Shown: positions 39,231 through 53,190, numbered from the stretch's first letter. The stretch: DNA of 64,000 nucleotides from Octopus sinensis (GCF_006345805.1 NC_042998.1:38812001-38876000); one strand, 5' to 3'. Made by a program: numbers and translations. The notes: generated from the letters alone by a model not told the origin.

Positions 39231-41599
39231 CAAGTTGAAATAGAAGTCCTTGCTACTGTATTATTTATTATCATACAATGAATTGAAATAAAAACAATTT
39301 CTATTCATCGTGTTCGACATATATATATGAGCGTGTGTGGGGTGGGGATTTTGTCTGTGTATGCGAATGTATTTGCATGTATATGCATATCTGCCTATAT
39401 GTATGTGTGTATATGTGTATGTATATATATTTACCAATATACATGTGTGTATATACGTATATATTTTTATATATGTATTTATTTATTTATGTATGCGTGT
39501 GTGTGTGTATATACATATATATGATAGATAGACAGACAGACAGACAGTTATACATATATGTCTGTATTAATATATATATATATATATACACATACATACA
39601 TGCATGCATACACATATATATATGTATTTGTGTGTATGCATATGTATTTGTGCGTGTGTGTATGTGTGTATACATGTACCTTGTAATTAAGTTTCTGTGA
39701 ACGTGTGTCTCTCTATGTGTGTGTGTGTTCGAGGGTACGCATGATTGTACACGTACGTTCTATTTACGTTTCCCTGTGTGTGTGTGCTCGCGCAGGCGTA
39801 TGTTTCATTATGTAAGATGGTGTGTCAGAGGACCAATGTGTCTGTGTGCTTGTCTGCATCGATGTTCGCCTCTCTGTTGTAATGTGTGTCTCTATGTTTC
39901 TCGGACGCCTTGATGTGAGTGTGTGTGTGCATGTGTCTGTGTTGATGTGTGTGCATGTCTGTATTCTTTTTATATATATAGTTTATTTTATGGCTTTAGT
40001 TGTTTTCTTTTTCGTCTTCTATTCTGTTTCCCGTTATTGTCTTGCTCACTGGTGTATCATTTTTATTGACTCCAAGGCAGAAATGTAGTATAAAACAATA
40101 CAAACAAAACTTGTGGCTGCTCTTCCAGCCACAAACGTCACTTCACTGTCGGACAGTCGGATATTCAGTTGAGTTGGCTGACAGCAATATTCGGTGGCCC
40201 TTAACCTTTCGGCTATTCAGATGACTCTGTCTAATGTATGGTTTATTGATTCACATTGCTTTAAATGAATCATGCATCCTCTTGTAGCTTTTAGATTTTG
40301 GTAATGTGATTGCCTATTTTTAGAATGACATTGTAGGTTAAGTGAGAGAGGCCAGACATGGCCGGTTTTATCATAGAATGGGAGAAAATAGGGCCTTGAT
40401 ATGATCGGTTTAAATGCCAAACACTTAATGCCCTCGGCTCCGAAACACAAGCAGTAGTACCACTCTGTGAGACGAGTTTCATTAAACAAGGACATTACCT
40501 AAAACTCAGAACTCCAAAACTCTGTGATACGGGGAGTGCAACCGATCAATGACAAAAAGCTTACCTGAATGTAGAAAATTACTTACCAAGCTAAGGACAA
40601 AATTTTGCCACATTTGGCCAGGCTTGCTCACGAAGACTTGCAGTGAGGCTATAGGAAGGTCAAGAATCTCCAGGTACGAATGATCTTTCGTAGACTGGAT
40701 AGCATACCGAAGTCCAATTTACAAGAGTATACTACTCAGGGACCACAAAGTTTGGCTATTTTTCAGGCGCATACAAACAGTACTTTAGAGGTTCCACTCG
40801 TTAAAATCTGTTGGAGGCGAACGTGGCACCTAAAATATGTGGTATGAGAGAAATAGGAGACGATGTTTTAACGAGATTCTCAGAAAATTCCAACTTCCTT
40901 ACAAATCTCGATTTGTTTTTCCGAAGCACATAATCCGGTATGAATTTCGATAAATATTGTAGACAGTTCACATTTCCAGGTTTTGACTACACAGTCTTTG
41001 ATGCAAATACCCTGGCTTCTAGGCAGGTTTAATGATACAGAAATATAGCTACTTGAGCGGGAAATATTATAAAAAGAACTCTGGATGCCGATAAAAATTC
41101 TTGGAATCACCTCTTTTAGATAACATTTAAATCGGAGATTATAGCTGATGAGCTATCTACACAAAACACCATAAAGGGAACTCTTACGCACGACCTAACT
41201 GCGAGAATGGTCCCCGACTATTTAATTCCTGTTAAAGATAATGGTTGCATTGTTTCTACAAAAATGCAAAGTTGTTAAAACAAAGCTACGTCCTTGCCTG
41301 TGACAGATAGACTTTGGAATACTAGACCTATTCCCAATGGTTGAACCTGGCGACTTTTCTCCGAATAAGAGGAGAATATAGTAATTTTAGACTCAACTTC
41401 GCAACAGGCAGAGCAAACGTACCTTGTATTATAAACTCTATCGAGAGATAATTTGGTTTCATATATTTCTGTAGATGATTGATATAGATCTCATTTCGGT
41501 GACGTTCTAATCGATTTAAGTCACCCATAGTATTTCATGGCGTTTATTGCTATTCTAGGCGCTGATGGTTATATTTAAAGCTTTTCAGAGGTTGCACCA

Positions 41600-42450
41600 C
41601 TGCATCACTCAGTTGCCTCAACTTGCAAACGGAACCAACATTCACAAATGGGAAATCTTTGGCCTCATGACGGAACAAGCACAAACCCAACTTCTCACAC
41701 GAACCGATTCTTGTGGATGTTCAGAGTGATGTTACTAACTGAATTTACAGCCGTTTCTGAACGGTTTGTCTTTTGCTAAGCATACTTCATTGTAGCTTCT
41801 TTCTTTGACCAATTCATAGATTAAGCGATGATTGAGGCAACGACTTGCACTATTCTCTTGTCTAAGAAATACAATTAATGGAATTAGGTGCATACGTTCT
41901 GTGACGAGTTATTGAAGGAAACAAGAGGCGAAAAGTTCAGTGATAATCTGAGATTTGGAGATAATATTCGGGCTATGCCGAAAGTATTGCAACAGTAGTA
42001 TTGTTTTTGTTGGTTTAACTGACATTGTTCGTTACAATTACACATGTTGATAGAACAGCTCTTCATCTATCTTTTCATCTCTTCATCCTGTTGCTGTTGT
42101 GCTGAAAAATAATGAGTTCTAACTGAAAAAAAACTTCTGATTTATGAGTTCTTGACGAAGGGCGAGTACAGGCTGACATCAGCAAAAGACAACAGGTTGG
42201 TTACGGAAGTAATACCATTCACATGAGTAACGTGCAAAGATGAATGTAGAAGTTCAGTGAATTAGAAATGTCCATTGAAAAAAACCATGCAGTTGGTGAC
42301 CATCATTTACAACCACTGAAGCGAATCGCCAGCCTTGTGAATTACTTGTCTGATCTTCTCAAAGGCCGAAGAGGCTCAAGTGTCATCGATTCGTTTGTTT
42401 AAAATTGAAGACAAAATAATCGTTGATGTCCTTTATTTCAATCCAAACAA
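41600..42450 (-). mobile_element. Possible very degenerate CR1/Jockey-group RT fragment
   Basis: Weak motifs in broken minus frames: SAFEKI (like KAFDRV), LSFADVSLYS (like FADD) and TMKYA. Confidence 0.3.
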
Positions 42451-42879
42451 AATTTACATATCGTAGGGGGAAAAGTAGCAACTTTATTTATGAAAATATA
42501 TGTACATTGCTATGTATGTATGTATATTATTACTGAATGAGGGAAGAGTGCATGGCATCAAAGTGACACTGGGGTGTACGTATACGAAGCCTAATATACC
42601 CATCATGACTACCCGTCTGATAAGGGTACACCAGACAACTACATCACAACCATATGTGCGTGATAAATTATCGGTCAAAATAAACAGCGTATGACCTTCC
42701 AAGTGGGATACAGTTATAATTTTCTTCGGGTCGAGTAGCTCATTCCACCCAAAAGGTCCCTGATTAAGGGTTGATTAGGGTTAATGAACGAAACACCCAT
42801 GCTTCCTAGGATGAATTATTCAAAGCCCGAAGAATTCGTCTCAACGTAAGACTTATGTTTGATGTATGTATATATGTCA

Positions 42880-43655
42880 GGTATGTCAGGTCACTTATGA
42901 GGCTCTCACAAGTGCTACTGGTAACATGGAATCCACCACAACCTGTTGCATGGTCGGGTTGTCAGCGTCTAAACCGGCACCCCCACCACGGTACCCTGGT
43001 GAGGAGGGTGGCTAGAAACCCAGCAAGATTAAAAACAAAACCTGTTGAAAGGTCGGATGAACCTAGTAGAGCCTCATCGATTATCTAGCAATAGCACAGG
43101 TAGGCAGAAATTCCGAGATGGTGTCCGGCGTGCTGGAAGACCACTGGGAGTGAGGCAACCCTCAGCTTCTATTGAAGCATGTCTCTAGGAGAAGGTCACT
43201 CTGGTATAAAACCAGATATGCAGGGAATGTCATTGGACATTTTGAAGATCTTTGGTTTATGCCAGAGATCATGGCGCTCCCACTTCCCTGAGCCTGCGAC
43301 TCATATTGGCACCAGACATCTCTCTCGGGCTTCTCTCTGGATAATGTCAATAAAGTGGAGAGGGTCTGTGAGGTGTCGTGCAAGCCTTAATGGACCTAAA
43401 ACTCTGCATGTATTCAGTGACCTGCACGTAGGCGGCCCTTGCTAGATATAAAGCCATCTCCTCGTCGCTCAACACAGCGATAGGATTCGGTTGCTGCATG
43501 GGTGTCTGAGCAGCTCCAGTTGGAGAGGGCACTGCTCACCAGGAAGCCGGGAAGGTTCTAGAAAAGGTGAACCAAAAATTGCCTGTCTTTCTCTATCTGG
43601 TCAGTTTAGCGCGACTGACGGATGCCCACCCTGCGCTCGAAAAACAAAGAGATTT
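42880..43655 (+). mobile_element. Probable 5' UTR fragment of an RTE-clade LINE
   Basis: A GC-richer non-coding block. TCTAGGAGAAGGTCACTCTGGTATAAAACC resembles the GGAGAAGGAAAACTCTG…AAACC box I associate with RTE leaders. Recalled similarity only. Confidence 0.35.
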
Positions 43656-44516
43656 GGATGTTGCCATAGTAACGAAGCTAAAGAACGCAGAGTAAAGCCG
43701 CTTAGCAAAGATTGACCTTGAATTCTATTGTGCATGCGCACTAAATTTTCACTTCTATCTCATTTCTGCTGTTTACAGCAGTGCTTGGAAGGAAGGTGTG
43801 TAGCGTGTGATCGTCGCATTGACCATGAGAGAGGAAGTTGTCACAGCGATACCTGCTCAGATGCCTACGCAAAGTGGCAGAAAGTGTATAGAGAGAAGTG
43901 TATGAGTCGCACACAAGTGTACGAGTGGTTCAGACGTTTCCAAGATGGCCGAAAAAATGTCGATATTGACGAACGTTCTGGGAGACCCTCAACCAGTAGA
44001 AATGAGAAACACATCGCAGATGTGCATGCAGCTGTGAGAGGAAATCGTCGAATCACCATCCGTAAGTTATCATGAGGATTTTCAGATTAGTTACGGTCCA
44101 TTATCACTGAAGATTTGGGTATGAGATGCGTGTCTGCCAAGTTTGTGCCCGAACAACTTTCAGCTGACCAAAAAAAACACACGGGTTTCATTTACACAAG
44201 ATCTCTTTGGTTATGTCGAGAACGATGAAAACTTTTTGAAACTGTGCGTAGGCCTCTGAGCAGATATCGCCAAGCTTTTGGCAAAATTTGATGCAGCGTC
44301 TCTGCTCAACTTTCTCTGTCATCATCAATGCAATGATCACATGCTACACACCTTCCTTCCAAGCACTGCTGTAAACAGCGGAAGTGAGCTAGAACGTTAA
44401 AACTTTGTGCACATGCACAACAGAGTTTACGATCAATTTGTGCCAAGCGGCTTCACTCTGCGTGCCTTAACTTTGTTACTATGGCAACAGTCCGGATACT
44501 TATTGATCAGACAACG
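43656..44516 (+). mobile_element. Non-autonomous fold-back mariner (irritans-like), transposase N-terminus only
   Basis: MSRTQVYEWFRRFQDGR…ERSGRPSTS…RRITIR…VSAKFVPEQL stops before the catalytic domain. 44242-44489 is an inverted copy of 43659-43873. The right end …GATCAGACAACG is followed by TA. Confidence 0.85.
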
Positions 44517-46776
44517 TAGTTGTTGAATCCAGCGCATTTGCCGACCAAGAAGAGGTATTTGGGTTGGCTTCATATTTTTCTATTCTTTAATTTTGTCACT
44601 TCATTCGCCATGATACATCGCTAGCCATCATATATATATTTACATAACGGCGGTGCATCAGCATGGCCGCAGCTCTGAGCTGAAACTAGAGAAAAAAAAA
44701 TATATATATATATTGAGAGAGAGAGAGGGGGGATAAATATATATATACATGCACACATACATATGCATATGCATATATGTGTGCGTGTGTATAGAATATG
44801 AAGGGTTTAGTTCACTGGTGATCTAAACGAATAAGTCCGAATGAGTAGGTGGTGTAGTTGGTCGACCGTTAAGTTCCAAGATCACAGCTAAGGCTGGATC
44901 TAGGGATCTGTGTTAGGGTTTCGTTATAGCAGGTATATATTATATTAGAAGAAAAATCAAAAATCAAGGCAGAAGGAATATCTCAAATCATTTAGAATAA
45001 TTTAATCAGATTAAAGGTGAATTACTGGGATAATCTAAGTGGTTGGTTAGCATGTCCGTGCACTGGGTATTCCGTCATCAGAGAGAAGGTGTGAATATTT
45101 TAGACAGGGAAAATATAGTTTACAAGGAATAAAATTCACAGTTTATAAGGAATAACATAGACGAATAAAGGAATAAAATAGAAGAATAAAGAGTAAAGCC
45201 AGAATATAAGTAGAGGGATAATGTTCACAACGCATTGTCAATTTACAATATGAATAAATCGTTCACAATACTGTGAAAATATCGCCTGGATTAACCTGGG
45301 ATTTTAACTAAGGACCTGTACCTTCATGCAAATACCGACCAACATCCATAGCCTCTCGAAAAATATGACTCGTGAACATTATTCTCCTGCATTTATTCTT
45401 TTATCTTTAGTCTTTACTCTACTATTTGCTTAATTGCAGCCAGTTTAATTGTTTTATTTATTTTGTTTTGTTTTTTAATTAGAGGCAGTGAAACTCTGCT
45501 CTCATTAATTTCTCTCCTTTCAACATCTCTGATGAAGGCCTGGGCGTCGAAATTTGGATTCGTCACACCCCATAAAATTCCCTGTACACACACACATACA
45601 CACACACACACACAAACAAATACATACACACTCTCTCTTTCTCTTTCCCTCTCTCTCTCTCTCTCTCTATACATATATATACACATATATATTTATGCGT
45701 TTAGGCTACCCTTGGTTTCATGTTAAGGGGGTGGTGGCCTCAACCATTATGAAGCCAATCACATGGAACATCGGTGTCCGCCTCCATTTTGGATTAAAAT
45801 ACGAAAATAGTGAGCGCTCATTCTCTGCGTTCGATATTAACGTGTGTGCGCGCGCGCGATGTGTGTGTGTGTGTGTGTGTGTGTGTCTGTAATGTTCTCT
45901 GCTGCCGTTAAACGACGGATGAGGGCTCTGAAATTTCTTGCCGAACAAGCCACACACATGATTTGTTTACAATGATCAAATATTTGTGTCCCATTCTCTC
46001 CATCAAATCGATCATGCCTGTATACGTGCAAAAGCCTATCACACGTCAGATGTCGAAACGTATGGGCACTCGCACGTGTGTGTGTGTGTGCCGTTTGTAT
46101 TTGTCAACACCATCGCTTGACAACCGGGGTTGGTTTGTTTACCCGCCCACCCCTTCCAGCAACTTGGCGGTTGTACAAGAAGAAACGATAAAATAAGTAT
46201 CCTGCTTAAAGCAATTACTGAACAACTGAAGTTGTTCGACGAAACCCTCCAAGGCGGAGCCATTAAAGACCTTGGGGTTTTAAAACCGCAAAATGCTGCA
46301 ATTTAAATTTTACAAAGGAAGATAATTGATGGTGCTTGCAAGAAATTTCTACGTATGGGTTTCCTTGGTTACGAAAATCAAAGTGTACACCTACATAAAT
46401 CAAGCGGGGGAGGATATGATAGGAAATTATTTATTTTTAGCACCTTTACATGACTCTCAGTGATTCTCGAAAGGTAGGTTATGTAAGGATTTCCTTATAT
46501 GATCTTCAGCATTTCCGTCAGCACAATTCACAATATGAAGTGAAATATATTTTGCATGTCTGCATATTTATAGCAATACGTCGAAAATTAGATTTAAATT
46601 GTTAAAAGTGGCGACGTTCTGTCTATTTCTTTTCCCAAACGAATCAGATAACGGCTGTATAAATTAACAACTATATCAGTCTTGCAGATAAAGATGTCAT
46701 TAGAAGAGGGGAAGGGGTACGCGCATGCGTTTCTTGTCTTGGCTTCATTTCTGTGATATGTGTGTGTGTGTGTGTG

Positions 46777-46820
<44 letters not shown>

Positions 46821-46907
46821 ATATATATTTATGTATGTATGTATATATATATATATATATATATATGTTTGTGTGTGTATGTATATAAATATATGTATAT
46901 ATATGTA

Positions 46908-46948
<41 letters not shown>

Positions 46949-47121
46949 TATATATACATACAAATATATAATATACTTATATATGTGTGTGTGTGTGTAT
47001 TATATATACATACATACATTTATTTACACACACTCATATACTTGCACACTCACACAAGGATTATACACTCACACAATGATATACATACAAATTTATCCAC
47101 ATCGACAAACACACATGTATG

Positions 47122-47170
<49 letters not shown>

Positions 47171-47539
47171 CCATTTGAGGATTTCTTCCAGGCGTTAATC
47201 CATCAATGTCGTTTTGGGCCGAAAGACGTTATTTATTGTCTTCGTCTATCGTTTCAAATTATATTTCTTCACATTCGTACGTCCACCTTGTATCGTTTTC
47301 TCCGCTCGAGCCCCAATTCTACGCAAATCTTGCGGCTGCCGCCTATATACGAATACCCCAGTCTTATCGTTAAAGGCGCGAAACTGAGTATTAGTAATTT
47401 TCGTCGATAACTCATAAAGCATTAGAGTCCTTCTGTGTCTGTTGTAGTGTAAGTTTTGTAGTATTTAATGCATTTTTCATTTATGGAATAACTGAACGCC
47501 ACGTGTCTCGATTTTAATACACACACACATATGTTATTG

Positions 47540-47587
<48 letters not shown>

Positions 47588-47588
<1 letters not shown>

Positions 47589-47920
47589 CTCTATATATAT
47601 AAAAGGCAAAATGTCTGTCGCTGTATGTGTCCTTTATACAAATACACAATTTTTCAGTTAGAGGTCTCGCGCTTTCGATGGTCATTCAAAACCGTCCAAG
47701 GGTGGTCGTGCATATCTTTACATTTCCCCAGTCACCCCGCAAAGCGATTAAAAAAGTCAATAGAAGTGACTTTTTTGTGAATTTTCTATCCAAAACCCAG
47801 TCAAAGTGCCCGGAACTTGATACGCCAATTGAATGCCAGCTAGCTGTATGTGATTGGTCGGAGATTTGGACAGTACTCGCGTTTATGTGCGCACGCACGC
47901 AGCTGTATATGCATGCACTA

Positions 47921-47921
<1 letters not shown>
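47588..47921 (+). mobile_element. Possible non-autonomous Helitron-like element
   Basis: Begins A|TCTCTATATATATAAAAGGCAAAATGTCTGTC and ends CTAA|T within an (ATT)n tract. The 3' hairpin is unconvincing. A similar TCTATTATATAAAA start lies near 15287. Confidence 0.35.
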
Positions 47922-47988
<67 letters not shown>

Positions 47989-49645
47989 TATTTAATAAAC
48001 ACTCAAGAAAGCGTGTTGGGTTTTTCTATTAAAAAGTAACTTAACTTAGATGTGATTGCAGAACACTAAAAGCACAATTCCACCGGGCCGAATGTGTTTC
48101 AAGTTTCACAGGCAATAGGTGAACCCCTACAGTTGCTGAGTGTTATCTAAGAGATCAGAAAAGCCATTTAGAAAGCACGCTGCCCCACGACGATCGAAAA
48201 ACAATCTAGTTTGGCAATTTGGGTCGAGATGGAAAAGAACGAGGCAATCAAGATAGAATTAGAAGCGCATTGTAATCAGCGGTGTAAAACAGCATCTGGT
48301 GGTCTGGTCGACACTGTGATACTTTGATGTAAATTTATATCTAATACTATTCAAGAGATGTTTTTAAGCGTACAGTTGGAATTAAGTTCGTAAAAGATAG
48401 AAAAAATATAATAGGATTGGAAGAGTGTGCAATCAGAGCACTTTGCAATATAAGAATACAGGAATGTAAAAGAAATATGAGTGCATTGTTATGGAGAAAT
48501 TTAATCTAAATTCGAAAATAGAATACTTTCATGGAAACATAAAGATTATGGTTAAAAAGTCCTAGGAATTGAGATATAGAATAAATTATTAAACTGCAGG
48601 ATTTGTAGGATATCAGAAATTGTACAATTTGGAAAAATTTTCGAGCATTTGTCGAAGTAAAGATTACTTCGACAAATACTCAGAAATGTTTAGAAATTTT
48701 TAAATCTTTAGAATCTTTTGTATATTGCAATGTATTAATTTTGACCTTAATACTTAAAGAACTTTCTTTTTGCTTGTTTTTTGTTCCACTGTTGCATGGC
48801 CTACTTTTCTCTTTAGTTCTCCAATTAAATCTCCGATATATTTCAATGATGCTGTAGAAATAGTTTTCTCTTCATCTCGAAGTGGGATGGCATGGTTGGC
48901 ATATCTTTCGATGAATCATCCTTTGATCATCCGATCACACTACTTGGCATCCGTTTTGTTCTAATTTTAAGTTGACTTCCGCTAATTATAAGTTTATTTT
49001 GGTGCTTCGAGCATGGTTAAGCAGGAAAGCGGTGTTGTTCCAGCAACTCCACTTACCAACGGTAGATGTTATAGATTTGTTGCCTGCGGCACCGTTAATG
49101 TTCGTCTTCTACAACCTATCATTTGCAATCAGTTTCTATACAATAGAGTTTACCAACACTTGTTTAGAAAGTGCATCTCAAACAATTTCAGGACATTGGT
49201 TTTTGCATTACATGAGAAAAAAAGGTCGGAAGTAGAAAACTTTTGCAGCGCCTAATGTTGCGTTGGTGAAGGATATATTTAATCCTGTCTTTGTGGTTGT
49301 TTTTGGTTAAGGCCCTCTTATTACAGCCTCAGTATGCAGTTACTTTCTTTGAACGGGAAATAGTTTGTTATAGTGTCCCTGTTAGGATTCTAGTAAATCT
49401 CTAGAGCAAGGGGCTGAAGTAGTGAACACACCAAAAAGTTCAAACAGTGTCACTAATGAAGTATGTCCGGGAGATAGTAAGTGGTGTGTTTTAATGAAAA
49501 CATAGGAAAAAATCTTGACACAGAAGTTGGATAAGGTAATTGTAATAAAGAGTAACGGGGCAAATAGAGCCAATTAAAAACCAAATTGAAAAGATATGTT
49601 TATTGGCAAACCCAAAAGTTATTTTATTATCAATATTGCTTTCAA

Positions 49646-49856
49646 GGCGATGAGCTGGCCGAATCGTTAGCACGTTGGGCGAAATGTTTAATGGTGTTTC
49701 GCTACGTTGTGAGTTCAAATTCTGCCGAGGTTGGCTTTACCTTTCACTCTTTCGGGGTTGATAAATTAAATACCAGTGAAACACTGGGGTCGATGTAATC
49801 GACTAGTCTCCTCCCCACAAATTTCAGTCCTTGTGCCTAAAGTAGAATGAATTATT
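49646..49856 (+). mobile_element. SINE family A, near full length, with a 14-bp target-site duplication
   Basis: Head GGCGATGAGCTGGCCGAATCGTTAGC and B-box GAGTTCAAATTC. AATATTGCTTTCAA is present at both 49632-49645 and 49857-49870. Confidence 0.9.
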
Positions 49857-50081
49857 AATATTGCTTTCAAATTTTGGTACAAGGCCAGCTAGTTCGGTTG
49901 GGGGGGGGGGGTTAAGCCGATTACACCAACTCCAGTGTTTCAACTGACACTTATTTTACCGACCCCAGAAAAGATGAAAGTAAAGTCGACCTCGGTGGCG
50001 TTTGAACTTAGAACGTAAAAACGGAAGAAATACTGCTAAGCATTTTGCCCGGCTCGCTAACAATTCTGCCAGGTCGCTGCC
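49857..50081 (-). mobile_element. SINE family A, full length
   Basis: Reverse-complement head at 50081 (GGCAGCGACCTGGCAGAATTGTTAGC). Its tail carries the TSD of the neighbouring copy. Confidence 0.9.
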
Positions 50082-50944
50082 TTTTGTAGAATTAAAATTG
50101 AATGTAGAAGATTAGGATTGCTGTCAGTTTTGTATTAACAGCAGAGAATAACGAGAAGCAGGTACGAGATAGGATAAATTATAATATAGTAAATTATAGA
50201 GCAAAAAGTGTATACATAAATTTTGCAGGTATACAAACAGTTCTTGTGCATATGGTATGATCACATTTTTAAGTTGACTTGTACAGATATTCTATAGAAT
50301 ACGTTTGTGGGTACGTATTCGTATACGAAACATCGTACCTCTCAGTGTTGTTTCTGTATTCTATGGAAAATCCGTAGAAATAAACTTTAAAATGGAAACA
50401 ATGCACTACTAACACAAAAGTAAGGCTCAATATTGACTTGTAAACTTTTAGCATTCTTGGTAATATATGCGTCCTTGCTAGCAATTAGTATAATTACAGT
50501 CATTTCGGTAGTACATTTGTGTAGGCGTTCAAAGCTCTCTCAGATTGGCACGAACGATTACGATGAAATAAATGAGGGATGAAGGAAAAATACGGATTAG
50601 AAAAAGGTAAAGGGAAAAATCAAGTTTTATACGCAGTATATCTGCATGTAGTATTCCTCTTACATTTGCGAATGAGGACCGATACTGGAGCGAGGAGAAT
50701 CTGCGTTGCCTCTCCTAAGCACAAGTTATACTATCCTTATTAACCGCGTACAGTGTAACTCTTACCAACATTTATATTCGTCCTACTGCACGCTATTCTC
50801 TTGATCAATTAACGTAGTTGTAATTCTTACTCTTTGGGCTGGGAATGGCGTTTATGAGCTTGAAGGAATGGATCATAAATGGTTGGCAGAGCGACCTATA
50901 TACGTACAGTGGGTCATTTTCGTCTTCTCTGTACTTTAATAAAC

Positions 50945-51600
50945 AATGTTATGCGCAACCAAAAATGTAGATTATATATTTCTGTGGAAAACTTTACACT
51001 TACGATTAGCGGCTGCCCCCAGATGTCATGAAGGAACTACTTAACTATGCGAAATGACGTTGTTGCAAAAACAATATACAATGCCATTCGTAAAAAAGAA
51101 CTGCCCTCGAGAAATCGCCTGTTAACTGAATACATACATAAACATCAATGCAAGGAATACTGGTCCAACATTGTCATCAAAACATGTCACGTGTAAACAT
51201 ACCAGGCTGGAAATTGTAGTTTGAGACAGACGAGAAAAAGTATGTAGCATTATAGAGGTCAGCTATCCTGCTGATGTGAATATCTCTTTGATTTTCAAAA
51301 ACAAAGAGGATAACTAAGGACAACTGCTTCGAAACCTCCAGCCTCTTTATTCAGATTATAAATTTACATTTATACCAATAACAATTGGTGGACTTGGTTT
51401 TGTTAATAACAATCTGGATAATTTAGGGCTTTCAGAAAAGGAAATCAGCCAACTCACACATTACCAGTACAATTTGTAAGTGGAGCAGTAAAATTATGCA
51501 AGACTTTTCTCAAGTTCAGTTTGTGTCCTTGTTTTTGCTATCCACATTCCGACGATGAGGCTTTGTATCGTTGTTAGAAACCGGTTCCTTCCTCAGAGGA
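50945..51600 (+). mobile_element. RLE-type non-LTR retrotransposon 3' fragment (CCHC finger plus restriction-like endonuclease)
   Basis: KCRL…TISGCP…YLTMRNDVVAKTIYNAIRK, IVV*DRREKVCSIIEVSYPADVNIS, LLRNLQPLYSDYKFTFIPITIGGLG, GAVKLCKTFLKF. Confidence 0.75.
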
Positions 51601-51843
51601 AGAGTTTATATAATTAAAAGCAGAAATGAACACACACACATATTATGTAGATAGGATTATAATCTCAACTGTTTCTTCTTCAACCGCATCTGATCATTCC
51701 AATTCTCCGAAATTTCCGTGAATGTTTGCAAGGAGAAACCATCACTGATTGGAAAGAATCTTAAAACTCGACGGAATCGGTTGATAAGAATTGGTCCATC
51801 TGACAATAGGAAAAAAGGAGGATGTGTCGAAAGGGGGAACAGA

Positions 51844-51844
<1 letters not shown>

Positions 51845-51879
<35 letters not shown>

Positions 51880-51893
51880 CAGTAGTAGTAGTA

Positions 51894-51940
<47 letters not shown>

Positions 51941-52090
51941 ACAGCAGTAGTATTAGTAGTAGTAGCAGCAATGGCAGTAGCAGCAGCAACAACACCAGAA
52001 GTAACAGCAGCGACATTAGGAGGAGGAAGAAGAGGAAGTAGTAGTAGTAGTAGTGGTGGTGGTGGTGGTGATGGTGGTAGAAGAAGAAGA
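51845..52090. repeat. Compound trinucleotide repeat (AGT/AGC/GGA/GGT)
   Basis: Directly visible. It generates the poly-S/V/L/Y ORFs. Confidence 0.9.
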
Positions 52091-53190
52091 AAAAATGTAC
52101 TATTAATGACTTCATTGATGGTTTTACTCTGCAAAACCATGAGTTTTGGCATTTCTCCGATGTCTGACAATTACAGATGGAAGAAGCATTCTAGATTTTC
52201 TTTCTTTCAGTCAATTTACCAGCAGAATCCAATTGGTTTGCCGAAAGACAGTCTATGTTAAGCGAATTGCGCACATAAATACCAAAATGCTCAAAGGCCA
52301 ACTAAGTAACAACATGAAAGCGAAACTATACAATATGTCCGTTAGTGGTGTCAGGAACAGCATATAACAGATATCTGACGGAGGGGATACAGAGAAAAAA
52401 GACGGGAAAGGAAATAGAATTAGTAAAGTCCACGGAGTTTGGTCGAGTATAGTTTATTTACTATATTCCTCATTCTCGGGTAGATCCCTATAGATAATGT
52501 GATTAACAGCCGAGATTAGTAAATGGCCATATAAAGAAGCAGCTGCTGCAGATTTAAATTGTAGACACCAACAAAAGATTAATAACAGTAATAGATCGTG
52601 CGTAAGAATGGAATAGAATGGCTAATTGGTGGAGAGAGGGACAAATCTAACGTTTCAGACATTTGTACGGGAACGGAGCGATTTTGGCGTGTTACAATGA
52701 CAGTCTCCGAAGTGGAAGAGAAATGTGAAGGTAAAGGTAAAGAGGATGTACTTGTCGCGTGAGATGCTTGCCAGAAAGTAAAGCTAAGCTTGTTGTAAAC
52801 TAGTTGCCAGAAGCAATTTAATTAAAATGGGAGAGCGGTGAGAATAAGCAAAGAAGCTGGGGAATAATAGAGACGAGGAGCGGGGAAAAAGAAAGGTGGG
52901 GGTTGAAAGAAATGTTTCTGATTGGGACAAAGGAAGAGTAACTTTTGGAAGAAGTGGTGAGTCTATACCATCGATCCTAGTTCTCAATCGTTACTTTATT
53001 TTATTGAATCCATTGCGGGAAAGGCAATGATGATTTCGCTGGGATTTAAAATCAGAACACGTCAAAAAGAAAACCGGAGGAACTATCTCTAGGGTTTTTG
53101 TCTGCCTCTCCATTTATTTTGCCACCTGAAAGCAATACAGCACACACGCAGTTACAAGTCGAAGGCTCATATGCCTTATATATATTTATA

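Noticed and set aside
46202-46453. Protein-like frame (LLKAITEQLKLF…GYENQSVHLH…) with one internal stop
   Set aside because: I recognise no domain, there is no start or splice context, and the length is within chance expectation.
48647-48677. 14-bp perfect hairpin (ATTTGTCGAAGTAA-AGA-TTACTTCGACAAAT)
   Set aside because: It is a real palindrome, but it is isolated and short with no associated element ends, so no function can be argued.
51549-51590. Hammerhead-like CCGACGA…GAAACCGGTT after the RLE element
   Set aside because: Stems I and II do not pair convincingly, so it is not counted among the motifs.
51657-52261. Poly-L/S/V/Y ORFs of 140-156 aa
   Set aside because: A compound trinucleotide microsatellite, open in several frames on both strands.
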